From a virus (lineage: Duplodnaviria > Caudoviricetes), in IMG/VR virus record IMGVR_UViG_3300007354_000003, positions 1-44,414 of that record: a DNA stretch of 44,414 bases; one strand, written 5' to 3'. The notes beneath the pieces are model-generated. The model saw only the letters and a list, made by a program, of their open reading frames with translations. It made no database searches and was not told where the DNA came from. Of this stretch, positions 17,148 through 25,103 are shown one piece after another (position 1 is the first letter of the stretch; the number at the start of each line of letters is the position of its first letter). A program made the position numbers and the translations under genes.

Positions 17148-18088
17148 GCCGCGCCCTTCTTGCCCTTCTTCCTGGCCGCGGCCTCGTATTCTTCCGCTTG
17201 CGCCTCATAGAACGACGCGTCCGGGTCCCCTCGCGCGCGGGCCTCCTCCGCCGCCCGCCTGAGTATCGCCGCCTGTTCCGCGTGCCCGACGACCTCCACC
17301 GGCGTCCGCTCCTCGCGCATCCTCACAGGCGTGCCGTACTTGCCCTCGAACACCTGCACCACCACATCCTCCGACCTCACCGCGAAATCGAGGTTCGCAA
17401 GCCAGCCGCGAGAGTTGTCACCGCAAAGGAACGATGTCCGTCGGATGCGGTCGAAGTAGGCACGCCACCAGTCGGGTGACGCGCGGTGCGGGTCTTCGGC
17501 GATCCGTCGGCGGATGTGCTGGCGGCGTTTGTCGGTGAGTTTCTCGGCGCGAGGGAGAACCTGGCCGCAGACCTCGTTCCAGATTTCTATCACGTCAGAT
17601 GGTTCAAGAGTTAACGACTTGCCCTCTTTTTGCAGAATCGAAGAGGGGGAGGGGACGGTTGTACTCTTTTTCTTTTCTTTTCTCTTCTTCTCTTCTCTAT
17701 TCTTATCTAGGTCGTTACAAGTCGTTACATCCCGTTTCATCCGATGCCGCCGCACCCGCTCCCGCACTGCTTCGGGGGTTTCACTGGGGCAACGCGGATT
17801 GCGCTTGGCGAAGTTCAGAAACACGATACCGCCTTTGTCGTCCATCTCGATGATCCCGAGTTTCTTGGATTGGAGTTTTGCGAGGACGCGCCGCAGGAGT
17901 TCGACATCCTCACCCGCTACCTCAAGCGCCAATTCCTCTTCGTCCATCGGCGGGATGCGCCCGCCTCCCGCACCCGCGAGGCAGAGGAGGTCGAACCACA
18001 CGCCGAACTCACTATGCCGTCCGTCCAGCGTATCGAGTTTTTTGTCCATGCGCGTCTCCACCCACATCCTGAACCATAGCCAGTTCAA
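17144..18088 (-). CDS. Replication initiator (replisome organiser-like)
   Basis: N-terminal WFRMWVETRMDKKL; RERVRRHR; REEKKRKEKKK linker; C-terminal FLCGDNSRGWLANLDF. Confidence 0.8.
   Translation of the reverse strand: MNWLWFRMWVETRMDKKLDTLDGRHSEFGVWFDLLCLAGAGGGRIPPMDEEELALEVAGEDVELLRRVLAKLQSKKLGIIEMDDKGGIVFLNFAKRNPRCPSETPEAVRERVRRHRMKRDVTTCNDLDKNREEKKRKEKKKSTTVPSPSSILQKEGKSLTLEPSDVIEIWNEVCGQVLPRAEKLTDKRRQHIRRRIAEDPHRASPDWWRAYFDRIRRTSFLCGDNSRGWLANLDFAVRSEDVVVQVFEGKYGTPVRMREERTPVEVVGHAEQAAILRRAAEEARARGDPDASFYEAQAEEYEAAARKKGKKGAA
17655..17745. other. Candidate replication origin inside the initiator gene
   Basis: Strongly AT-rich pyrimidine tract next to GTCGTTACA x2 iteron-like repeats. Confidence 0.5.
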
Positions 18089-18108
18089 TCCGGTTCCCCC
18101 TACGTCGT

Positions 18109-18450
18109 CTAGGCTACGTCCTCGAACATCCCCACGCGCCATCCCGCCTCCGGCCCAAACCGCCGCGCGCGGGCTCGCTCCAGCCGCCGCACCCGGTCCC
18201 CGAGCGCCGCGAGCTTGCCGGTGAGGATGGCGATGGGTTCCTCCATCTCGGCCGCCGAGGCTGCCACCCACACGCCGCACGGAGGGCGATGGGAGGCGCA
18301 GACACAATGATCGGCAAGGTCGGCGATTCGCTCTTGCATGGCGTTTCGGGGCGTTTCAAAAATCGCGGCGAGTGTTTCAAGTTTTATGGCACGGTCTCGG
18401 CCCACGTGATGAGCACGAAGGTAGGCGAGGAGGCGGTCGTCGGTCGTCAG
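18109..18450 (-). CDS. HTH DNA-binding protein, probable CTG start
   Basis: GGGAGG then CTGA overlap with the upstream stop; LLAYLRAHHVGRDRAIKLETLAAIF. Confidence 0.6.
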   Translation of the reverse strand: MTTDDRLLAYLRAHHVGRDRAIKLETLAAIFETPRNAMQERIADLADHCVCASHRPPCGVWVAASAAEMEEPIAILTGKLAALGDRVRRLERARARRFGPEAGWRVGMFEDVA

Positions 18451-18560
18451 CCGAGCCGCCTCCCCGTGACCCACTCCACCGCCGCCACCGCGGCCGCCCC
18501 GACACCGATGAACGTCAGGGCGGCCAGGATGACGGTGCCGAACCAGATCAGGGCGGTCAC
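18447..18560 (-). CDS. Small TM peptide (37 aa)
   Basis: GGAGGAGG RBS; MTALIWFGTVILAALTFIGVGAAAVAAVEW. Confidence 0.55.
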   Translation of the reverse strand: MTALIWFGTVILAALTFIGVGAAAVAAVEWVTGRRLG

Positions 18561-18865
18561 GCCGCCTCCTCCACTTCCGCGCCCGCCGGCACCTCGCACG
18601 GGCACGTCTCGCCCACGCGGTCAGGGCACCGTTCGCACCGTTCCTCTCCGGTGAGCTGGCCCGGGCACGTCTCCACATCGTCCGGGTCGTCGGCGCACTC
18701 CCAGCGGGCGTCACACGTCCAGCAAGCGGGGTTCGAGCGCGAGAACCAGCCGAACCCCGGGCACTCCCCGCGCGCCTCCGCCCGAGCACGCAGGGCGGCG
18801 AGACGGGCCGAGAGCTGGTCGTCGCGCGCGCGGTCCTCGTAGATGTTGTGAAAGTTGTCGGTCAT
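18557..18865 (-). CDS. Cys-rich hypothetical protein
   Basis: GGAGG RBS; ATGA overlap. Confidence 0.6.
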   Translation of the reverse strand: MTDNFHNIYEDRARDDQLSARLAALRARAEARGECPGFGWFSRSNPACWTCDARWECADDPDDVETCPGQLTGEERCERCPDRVGETCPCEVPAGAEVEEAA

Positions 18866-19377
18866 GGGGACACCTCCCCAGCCTTGCGGACCTGTTCCCG
18901 CTCGGCATATATCTCCTCGTCGGTCTTGAGGTAGGGACACAGTTCCCAGAGCTGATCTATCGCGTCAAGACAGTCGAACAGGACCGACTCAGGGGCGAGA
19001 GGGAACTCCAGGGTCCAAGTGTGGTTGTAATCGCAGCCCACCTTGACGTAATGGCCCGAGTACCCTTCGCGCTTCTCGTAGAACGTGGCACCGCCGTTGA
19101 AGTCGATGTCGGCGAAAACACAGGGATGACGGTCCGGATAGTGAAACAGCCTGCCGGGATAACGCGCCGATGTCTGGGACTCCAGGCTGAACAGGTGCCA
19201 CTTGTCGGCGGGAACCTGGCACTCGTGGACGTACAGATAGAAGTTCCAGGTCCATCGTTCATCATTGGAGCGCCCCCACTTGACGATTTCAAACCGGACA
19301 TCCCGGTAACGGCCGCGCCATATCTCGGACTTCCGCAGGTCGTCCACGGTCGGTCTAGCCATTTCCATGTCGCTCAC
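18862..19377 (-). CDS. Hypothetical phage protein
   Basis: DFNGGATFY...KVGCDYNH motif; overlapping start and stop. Confidence 0.65.
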   Translation of the reverse strand: MSDMEMARPTVDDLRKSEIWRGRYRDVRFEIVKWGRSNDERWTWNFYLYVHECQVPADKWHLFSLESQTSARYPGRLFHYPDRHPCVFADIDFNGGATFYEKREGYSGHYVKVGCDYNHTWTLEFPLAPESVLFDCLDAIDQLWELCPYLKTDEEIYAEREQVRKAGEVSP

Positions 19378-20162
19378 GCCACCTCACCCCTTCTCGCTTC
19401 CATCTCCATCACCACGCGCCCGATATCCAGGGCGTCCTGCGCGCGCAGGGTCGTCATGTCGGGGATGTCGCGCCCCAGGACCTCGCGGGCGACGGCCAGC
19501 ACCTCGCGTGTTCCGAACTTGAGCCGCGCCATGGTGTCGGAGAGTTCGTTGGCGGACACGGCGCGGAGGTCGGCGGGGGTGGTGGGTGCCGCGGCCCGCA
19601 CCACGGAGGCCCGGGCACCGCCCACGCGGGCGACGGGCACACCGCCGGTGCTGCCGCCGTTACCGTTGCGCTTCTCGGGCTTGCCGGAACCGCCGGGGAG
19701 CGCCCATTCGGGAAGCGCGGGGCGGGGGGCGAACTTGCCCTTGTGGTAAATGCCGTCGGAAAGCCGCTGATCGGAAAGAGTCATCCACGACTCGGGCAGA
19801 TTGTAGAGGTAGCGGCCCACGCCGAACTTCACGGCGGCCCGCTTCAAGGCGTCCGAGAAGCCGCCCTTGGTTCCCTCGAACTCCGTCTCGTCCGCGCCGT
19901 CTTCCCGCGTCACCCACTCACCGCCGATGCGTATGGATAGGCGGCACTTGATGCTCTTTTCGCCCCAGCGTTCGTAGGAGTCGCACCAACCGTCGATACC
20001 GAACACGTCATCGAGCCGCTCCATGATGGCGCGGGCAGTGAGATAGGCCAAGAGAGACATCTTCGTGCCGTCCTTGGACTCGCGCCCCACGCGCCATTCA
20101 ACATCGTTGTCCGGGAACGGCTCACGGAGAGCCGCCATGATTTCCTTAACGTCTCGCTCCAT
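19374..20162 (-). CDS. Rad52/Sak-family single-strand annealing protein
   Basis: LREPFP..VEWRV, LAYLTARAIMERLDDVFG, KGGFSDALKRAAVKFGVGRYLY. Confidence 0.88.
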   Translation of the reverse strand: MERDVKEIMAALREPFPDNDVEWRVGRESKDGTKMSLLAYLTARAIMERLDDVFGIDGWCDSYERWGEKSIKCRLSIRIGGEWVTREDGADETEFEGTKGGFSDALKRAAVKFGVGRYLYNLPESWMTLSDQRLSDGIYHKGKFAPRPALPEWALPGGSGKPEKRNGNGGSTGGVPVARVGGARASVVRAAAPTTPADLRAVSANELSDTMARLKFGTREVLAVAREVLGRDIPDMTTLRAQDALDIGRVVMEMEARRGEVA

Positions 20163-20175
20163 CGTCACAACCCCC

Positions 20176-21009
20176 TTACCCCGCGACACGCGCCGCGGGA
20201 ATGCTCAGGATACGGTGCGGCCGGCACAGGTGGAAGTAGCCGCACTTTTGCGGGCTGCAATGCCACCCCTCGGTGTTGCGCGGGAAGATGTCGGCCCGGA
20301 TCATCCGGTAGATCGCCGCGACGTGCTCCAGCCACTCGCGCCAATCCTCCTCCGTCCGCCGCGCCTGCGCCACGTAGACCTCGGCGGGCCGCGTCTTGTA
20401 GTCCACTGCGACCTCCAGCGCGACCGGCGGGTCCGCCTGGATACCCTGCGCCGCGAGATGGAGCTTCGTCGCGCCGTAGTAGGACGTGAGCTGGTTGCTC
20501 TGTTCCACTTCCGCCGCGCCGGGTTTCTTCGAGCTTGTCTTGAAGTCGCGCACCACGCCGTCAACCCCGTAGAAGTCGAGCCGCTGGACGAGCCGCCCAA
20601 GGGATTGGCCGTCCGCGTCCAGGATATCGACGGGCACGTCGGCCTCCACCCACACGGGCTTGAGACTCGTCGCCCTTTGGCGCCGGTGCGCCCTCACGAG
20701 CCGGACGCCCCGGTCGCGCTCGGCGACTGGACTCTCGCCCTCCCAGTCCACGTCTTCCTCCCCGGCGCGGCGGTCGAACTCATCGATGTACTTGTCCGCG
20801 AGGGTATCCGCGTCGAGGTCCTTCCCGGTCTCCAGTTTCTTCGTGCCCCACATCTCCAGCGCGGCATGGTAACTACCGCCCACGATGAGCGCCCCGGCGG
20901 GCCGGAGCTTCCGACCTTGAACATAGCGGTACATCCACTGGCGGGGGCACCTGTCGAACATGCGTATCGAAGTCGGACTCAGATGGTCAATCTCCGCCAC
21001 ACCCCACAC
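20176..21009 (-). CDS. PD-(D/E)XK RecB/Cas4-like exonuclease
   Basis: HLSPTSI..CPRQW, RLD..VRDFKT, QLTSY, C-terminal C..C..C cluster. Confidence 0.85.
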   Translation of the reverse strand: MWGVAEIDHLSPTSIRMFDRCPRQWMYRYVQGRKLRPAGALIVGGSYHAALEMWGTKKLETGKDLDADTLADKYIDEFDRRAGEEDVDWEGESPVAERDRGVRLVRAHRRQRATSLKPVWVEADVPVDILDADGQSLGRLVQRLDFYGVDGVVRDFKTSSKKPGAAEVEQSNQLTSYYGATKLHLAAQGIQADPPVALEVAVDYKTRPAEVYVAQARRTEEDWREWLEHVAAIYRMIRADIFPRNTEGWHCSPQKCGYFHLCRPHRILSIPAARVAG

Positions 21010-21036
21010 CTCCTCGGGACCTCCCGGTCCCCTTTC

Positions 21037-21288
21037 TCACGCCGCCTTCGCGCCCCGCGTCCCGCGCAGCCGCCGCGCGTCCTCGCGCACCTGCCGCAGG
21101 ATGACCCAGGTGGAACCGGCCATCACGTCGGCCAGGTCCCTCTCCCACCTGGCCACCGGGCGCGGCATCGGCGGCATCGCGAGCATTTCCACCGCACCGG
21201 CGCATCCCGCCGCATCACACGAACGGCAGTCCGGCCGCTCCTCCCGCGTCTGGGGGCACACCCATGTCCGGCGAGCCATCATCGTCAC
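21037..21288 (-). CDS. Hypothetical Cys-containing protein
   Basis: GGGAGG RBS. Confidence 0.5.
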   Translation of the reverse strand: MTMMARRTWVCPQTREERPDCRSCDAAGCAGAVEMLAMPPMPRPVARWERDLADVMAGSTWVILRQVREDARRLRGTRGAKAA

Positions 21289-21454
21289 ACCTCCCCTCCG
21301 AGAAGCCGATCTCCATCCACTCCGGGAACCGGCAGCGGCGCGGCCATTCGCACACGCTCGAGGTCCAGTCGTCGTTGAAGGCGTCGTACCACCAGCAGGC
21401 TGCGCCGTCGCCGCCGTAGTCGTGGTAGTAGGAACAGCGGGGGCGGTCAGTCAT
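21215..21454 (-). CDS. Hypothetical protein
   Basis: GAGGAGG RBS; aromatic/Cys-rich. Confidence 0.5.
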   Translation of the reverse strand: MTDRPRCSYYHDYGGDGAACWWYDAFNDDWTSSVCEWPRRCRFPEWMEIGFSEGRCDDDGSPDMGVPPDAGGAAGLPFV

Positions 21455-21962
21455 CGTCGTCCGCCTCCTCGAGTGATGGCACCTTCTGGGCCTCGTCCTC
21501 CGCCCAGGCGAGCCAGCAGGCGGCCACCTGGGTTATGCGGTCGGCCTCGGGTTTCTCGGCCCTGTAGTCCACTCCGCAGTAGTCGGGCAGATCATCCCGA
21601 GCGGGGTGTCCCGGTCGGTAGAGCCGACCTCCGCAGTGTCTCTGTGCCCAATGTTCGTCGGCCCATCCGTTGGGGCACCCGCAGTCCTCGTCTATGACCC
21701 TCCACGCCAACAACTGCGCTAACCTCTCCGCCATCCTCGTACGTCGCCTTACCTCGGCGGCCAGACGGGGGATGTCGGTGCGGGCGTGGGCGATGAAGAC
21801 CGCAACTGGCTCTTCGGCCAGTATCGCCACCGCTCCGACATCACTCCACACTGCGCTGTCTTCGCCGAGCTTTTCCGGCCTCCACGGCGGTGGCCATGTC
21901 GCCTCGGCCCGGGCCTCTATGGCGGCCAGCTCCTCCTCGGTCAGCGGGGTGTCGTCAGGCAT
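21447..21962 (-). CDS. Ead/Ea22-like early protein
   Basis: LAAIEARAEATWPPPW...FIAHARTDIPRLAAEVRR motif. Confidence 0.65.
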   Translation of the reverse strand: MPDDTPLTEEELAAIEARAEATWPPPWRPEKLGEDSAVWSDVGAVAILAEEPVAVFIAHARTDIPRLAAEVRRRTRMAERLAQLLAWRVIDEDCGCPNGWADEHWAQRHCGGRLYRPGHPARDDLPDYCGVDYRAEKPEADRITQVAACWLAWAEDEAQKVPSLEEADDDD

Positions 21963-22296
21963 CGCGCTTCACCGCCTCGTAGTTCCTGAAGGCAATGTTG
22001 AGTTTCTCGTCGGCCTCGTTCAGTTCGTCGAGCGACGCCTCACCGCGCTGATACCAACCCAAGACCACTTCACGCGCTAGTGCCGCACCAACAACCGCTT
22101 CCACCGCCTTCAATCTCTCCACGATTCGAAGGATGTGGCTGACAGCCGTCTCCAGTGCCTCCCGAACGGCCTCGCGGGCCTCGCGGGCCTCGCGTTCGGC
22201 ACGGAGAGCCGGGTCGTCCTGAGCCCACAGTAGAATGAGGTCATCAAAGTCCGTAATTCCACCATCCCTTCCGGTTGTCGGCTTGTGCTCACTCAT
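21955..22296 (-). CDS. Hypothetical helical protein
   Basis: GGAGG RBS; overlapping operon arrangement. Confidence 0.55.
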   Translation of the reverse strand: MSEHKPTTGRDGGITDFDDLILLWAQDDPALRAEREAREAREAVREALETAVSHILRIVERLKAVEAVVGAALAREVVLGWYQRGEASLDELNEADEKLNIAFRNYEAVKRDA

Positions 22297-22495
22297 CCCG
22301 TCCAACCTCCTCCGCCACGCTCTCCATGCGCACCATCTCCCGCTCCTTGCGGCGGAAGAAGACCTTCAATGCCTCCAGGAGCGGCAGGTCCGTCTCCACC
22401 GTGCGCCGTTCCCTGCCCGGCAGGTCGAGCACCAAGCGGATCGGCGGCGGCCGGCGGGTCGCGCCGTAATGGACGCGCCGGTCGTCAGCCTGCAT
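22289..22495 (-). CDS. Hypothetical protein
   Basis: AAGGAGG RBS. Confidence 0.55.
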   Translation of the reverse strand: MQADDRRVHYGATRRPPPIRLVLDLPGRERRTVETDLPLLEALKVFFRRKEREMVRMESVAEEVGRDE

Positions 22496-22691
22496 CGCGG
22501 GCCGCCTCCTTGTCGGGGAAGATGAACGACACCAGAACCTCTGTCACGCGCCTGCGCTCCTCAAGAAGCCGCGCGACCTCTTCCCTGAGCCAGTCCCGCT
22601 CCACCGTCACGGCCTCCAGGAGACACTCCCGTTCCTCCGGGCACTCCCCGCAGGACCTATCCATTCCGCGCGCACTCCCACACATCGCCAC
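22485..22691 (-). CDS. Hypothetical Cys/coiled-coil protein
   Basis: GAGGAGG RBS. Confidence 0.55.
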   Translation of the reverse strand: MAMCGSARGMDRSCGECPEERECLLEAVTVERDWLREEVARLLEERRRVTEVLVSFIFPDKEAARDAG

Positions 22692-22737
22692 AACCTCCTC
22701 GCCTTTACAATCCCCGGCCCGAGGCTGGTCAAGAGTC

Positions 22738-22872
22738 TGGCTGGCGGCCAGGGTTGGCCTTCCCCCTCGCGGCCACCGACGGGACTCGAACCCGCACCTC
22801 CCGGTTCCCGGCTAGCTAGGCCGGGCACTCCCGGGTGTTCTGCCATTTCACTACGGCGGTTGCCGCCAGCCA
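22738..22872 (-). ncRNA. Structured RNA module B enclosing a tRNA-like domain (22771-22860) with an elongated anticodon arm
   Basis: Closing helix UGGCUGGCGGC/GCCGCCAGCCA; acceptor CCGCCG/CGGUGG; D-loop UGG; T arm GCGGG-UUCGAGU-CCCGU. Confidence 0.7.
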
Positions 22873-22908
22873 ACTTCATAAAGGTCCCGCTCTCGCGGTT
22901 AAAAGGTC

Positions 22909-23080
22909 TGGCTGGCGGGGGCCGGGTTTCCCCTCCGGCTCCCACTCTGTTGAGGCGGCCTTTCCTTGCCACCCTAAGCACCCGGTTACCCTACGTCCTT
23001 ACGCGCGCTTGGGTAGAGACTTCATGGTGCTTGCGGTGCCGCCCAAGCGACCCGGCGCTACCACGCCGCCCCGCCAGCCA
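22909..23080 (-). ncRNA. Structured RNA module C (multi-helix, about 170 nt)
   Basis: 12-bp closing helix UGGCUGGCGGGG/CCCCGCCAGCCA; nested stems GGGCGGC/GCCGCCU, AAGCACC/GGUGCUU, UACCC/GGGUA. Confidence 0.6.
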
Positions 23081-23089
23081 TTGGTTTTG

Positions 23090-23458
23090 TCAGCGGTAGA
23101 GCGCTATCAACTCTTCCTTGGTCTTGCCCTCGTTCTCCGGTCTGTCCCAGCCCTGCGTCGGCCACTCGGCCGGGAGGCCGTTCATGATGGCCTCTTCCTT
23201 GGTGGGCAGCACCAGGTGCATCCCCTGGCTGGAGTAGCCCCGGCCCCCATGCCTGCCGCTCATGTCCAGCGCATTCGCCGCCCCGCAGTGGGGGCAGACG
23301 CCCCAGTACACGTTGTAGGCATCGTCGAGCACCCGCAGGTCCTCGAAGACCGCCTTGCCGCACGCAGCACAGCTGCCCGCCACCCGGTCCGGGCCAGGCT
23401 CCCTCTCCATCGTCAGCGTCAGCCAGGGCTCATCCGGCTTGTTCCGACTCTGACCCAA
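23090..23458 (-). CDS. Zinc-ribbon hypothetical protein between RNA modules D and C
   Basis: CAAC...CPHC. Confidence 0.6.
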   Translation of the reverse strand: MGQSRNKPDEPWLTLTMEREPGPDRVAGSCAACGKAVFEDLRVLDDAYNVYWGVCPHCGAANALDMSGRHGGRGYSSQGMHLVLPTKEEAIMNGLPAEWPTQGWDRPENEGKTKEELIALYR

Positions 23459-23488
23459 GGTCCTCTATCTCCCTTCCGGTGAAGTGCC

Positions 23489-23547
23489 TGGCCGGCGAGG
23501 CCGAATGCCCAGCCCGGAGGGCCGCCACCACGCCGCCCCGCCAGCCA
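23489..23547 (-). ncRNA. Structured RNA module D (short)
   Basis: UGGCUGGCGGGG/CCUCGCCGGCCA with two G-U pairs; first 24 nt nearly identical to module C. Confidence 0.55.
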
Positions 23548-23640
23548 TATCGTCGATGGCGGCCGGTCCTTCCCCGGCCATGGGTGTTTCCGCGCGTCAG
23601 CCGCGCCATCGACGAAACCTGTTCAGTTGTCAATCAAATC

Positions 23641-23838
23641 TCACGCGGGCTGCGGCCCCATCCTCGGTCCCGGCCTTGAGGCCAGCCGGCGGGCCCGCTC
23701 CCTGTCACGCTCCAGCCGCTCTATCTGCCTCCGCCGCGACTTCTGGCAGGCGCCGCATTGCTTGTCGAAGAGGCTCCCGGTGCGCCCGCAGTGTTCACAA
23801 GGACCGAAAGTGAGCTTGTAAATCCGGCTCACGCGCAC
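23641..23838 (-). CDS. Small zinc-finger protein
   Basis: CEHC..CGAC. Confidence 0.55.
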   Translation of the reverse strand: MRVSRIYKLTFGPCEHCGRTGSLFDKQCGACQKSRRRQIERLERDRERARRLASRPGPRMGPQPA

Positions 23839-24068
23839 TCACCACCCTCATCGTCCCGGGCGGCGGCCGCGCGGGCGGCGGCGATCCGGGCGGGAATCTT
23901 GGAGCGGGGGCCGAGTTGGCCGTTCACGTAACGCCAATAAGAGGAAGCAGAAATACCGTAGAGAGAGGCGGCTTTGCGGCAGGACGGTTCGCCGTACAAC
24001 CGGCGGCCCGAGAGCCATTGGATGCAGCGGCGTAGCAGGCTGTGCGCCCGCCTCGCATCCCTAGACAT
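23829..24068 (-). CDS. Cro-like HTH protein
   Basis: Divergent from the repressor; SCRKAASLYGISASSYWRYVNG HTH; GGGAGG RBS. Confidence 0.7.
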   Translation of the reverse strand: MSRDARRAHSLLRRCIQWLSGRRLYGEPSCRKAASLYGISASSYWRYVNGQLGPRSKIPARIAAARAAAARDDEGGECA

Positions 24069-24106
24069 GGTGAACCTCCCTAGTATTTAATCTTGGAGTC
24101 GGTTCC

Positions 24107-24135
24107 AGGATAACACAGTCTGCCGCGCAATGCAA
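24107..24135 (-). promoter_or_regulatory. Lytic (cro) promoter
   Basis: TTGCAT-17-TATCCT with TG extension. Confidence 0.6.
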
Positions 24136-24192
24136 TAGGTTTCTAGTGAGTCGCATAAGAGTCGGCACATTTTGGAACGCGTTTCGCACACG

Positions 24193-24221
24193 TTGCAGGA
24201 TGTTCTGCAGCGTGGTAAAAT
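24193..24221 (+). promoter_or_regulatory. Repressor promoter
   Basis: TTGCAG-17-TAAAAT with TG extension. Confidence 0.65.
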
Positions 24222-24255
24222 TCTTTCGTCCGATAGGGGAAGGAGGTGGGGACCG

Positions 24256-24642
24256 ATGACGGACCTCAAAAGGACTATCGCGCAGAACGTGATGCGGCTA
24301 CTCAGCGCGAAGGATTGGACGCTCACGCGATTGGCGGAGGAGTGCGAGTCTCATGGTAACCGCGTGAGTCTGAGCGCGCTCTCCGCCATGAGCCGAGGAA
24401 AGAACTTCCCGAAAGAGGAGCATCTACGGGTCGTGGCGCGGGCTTTTGGAGTAGACGTGGCCGTCCTTTTCGACACCGGCGAGACGGAATCGAGTCTTGC
24501 GCGTATGTACCGGGAGCTTCCACAGGAAGATCGCAAGACTATCTTTGACGTGGCGCAGGTGCTGTACATCCGCCGCGTTACTGCCGCAAACCCTCTGGCG
24601 GGCGATGAATTCCTTATCATCCCGAGGATAGCGGCGGGATAA
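24256..24642 (+). CDS. XRE-family cI/ImmR-like repressor without an S24 peptidase domain
   Basis: AGGAGG RBS; IAQNVMRLL..WTLTRLAE..SLSALSAMSRGKNFP..VARAFGV. Confidence 0.85.
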   Translation: MTDLKRTIAQNVMRLLSAKDWTLTRLAEECESHGNRVSLSALSAMSRGKNFPKEEHLRVVARAFGVDVAVLFDTGETESSLARMYRELPQEDRKTIFDVAQVLYIRRVTAANPLAGDEFLIIPRIAAG

Positions 24643-24694
24643 GGAAGGAGCCACTGGGCGCAGCCGTGGTGATGACGGCGGGGGAGGAAGGCAA

Positions 24695-24717
24695 GCTATA
24701 TAATACCCCTTTATAGC
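24695..24717. other. Candidate tyrosine-recombinase core site (attP/dif-like)
   Basis: GCTATATA-ATACCCC-TTTATAGC: 8-bp imperfect inverted arms around a 7-bp asymmetric spacer, upstream of the recombinase. Confidence 0.45.
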
Positions 24718-24796
24718 CAAAGGACACCCGGTAGCCCGGTGGCAAGCAGGCACAAGAGGAACCCACAGTAACTAGGCGCAACGTGCAGTATGCGGA

Positions 24797-24826
24797 TTGA
24801 CATAGGACCTCTCCCATGGTTACCAT
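24797..24826 (+). promoter_or_regulatory. SigA-type promoter for the recombinase operon
   Basis: TTGACA-18-TACCAT. Confidence 0.55.
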
Positions 24827-24861
24827 GACAAAGGGAGGCCCGGAAAGGAAAGGAAGCCGAT

Positions 24862-25053
24862 ATGGCAGCGACCACGTCCTTCTCCATTTCCAGCGACCGC
24901 CACAGCGAAGGAATCGGAAGCCACACGACGAACATATGCCGCCCTTTGCCCCGCCCACGTCGCAGCCGTGCCGAGACGCCGATCATGTTGGATGTCATCG
25001 CCCGGGAACGCTATCGGCGCATCGCGCAGCAACTATTGGTGCTGACCTCCTGA
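24862..25053 (+). CDS. Small hypothetical protein upstream of the recombinase
   Basis: AAAGGAAG RBS-like sequence. Confidence 0.4.
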   Translation: MAATTSFSISSDRHSEGIGSHTTNICRPLPRPRRSRAETPIMLDVIARERYRRIAQQLLVLTS

Positions 25054-25103
25054 CGCGGATACCAACCGGGTCTCCCCCGGGTAACCACCGAGGAGGTCTA
25101 GAT

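Noticed and set aside
20176-21009. Cas4 as part of a CRISPR-Cas system
   Set aside because: It sits next to a Rad52/Sak annealase as a typical phage recombination exonuclease; no other cas genes or array
22818-22826. Module B as an amber (CUA) suppressor tRNA
   Set aside because: CUA is not centred in a canonical 7-nt loop on a normal-length arm, the D stem is weak and no CCA is encoded
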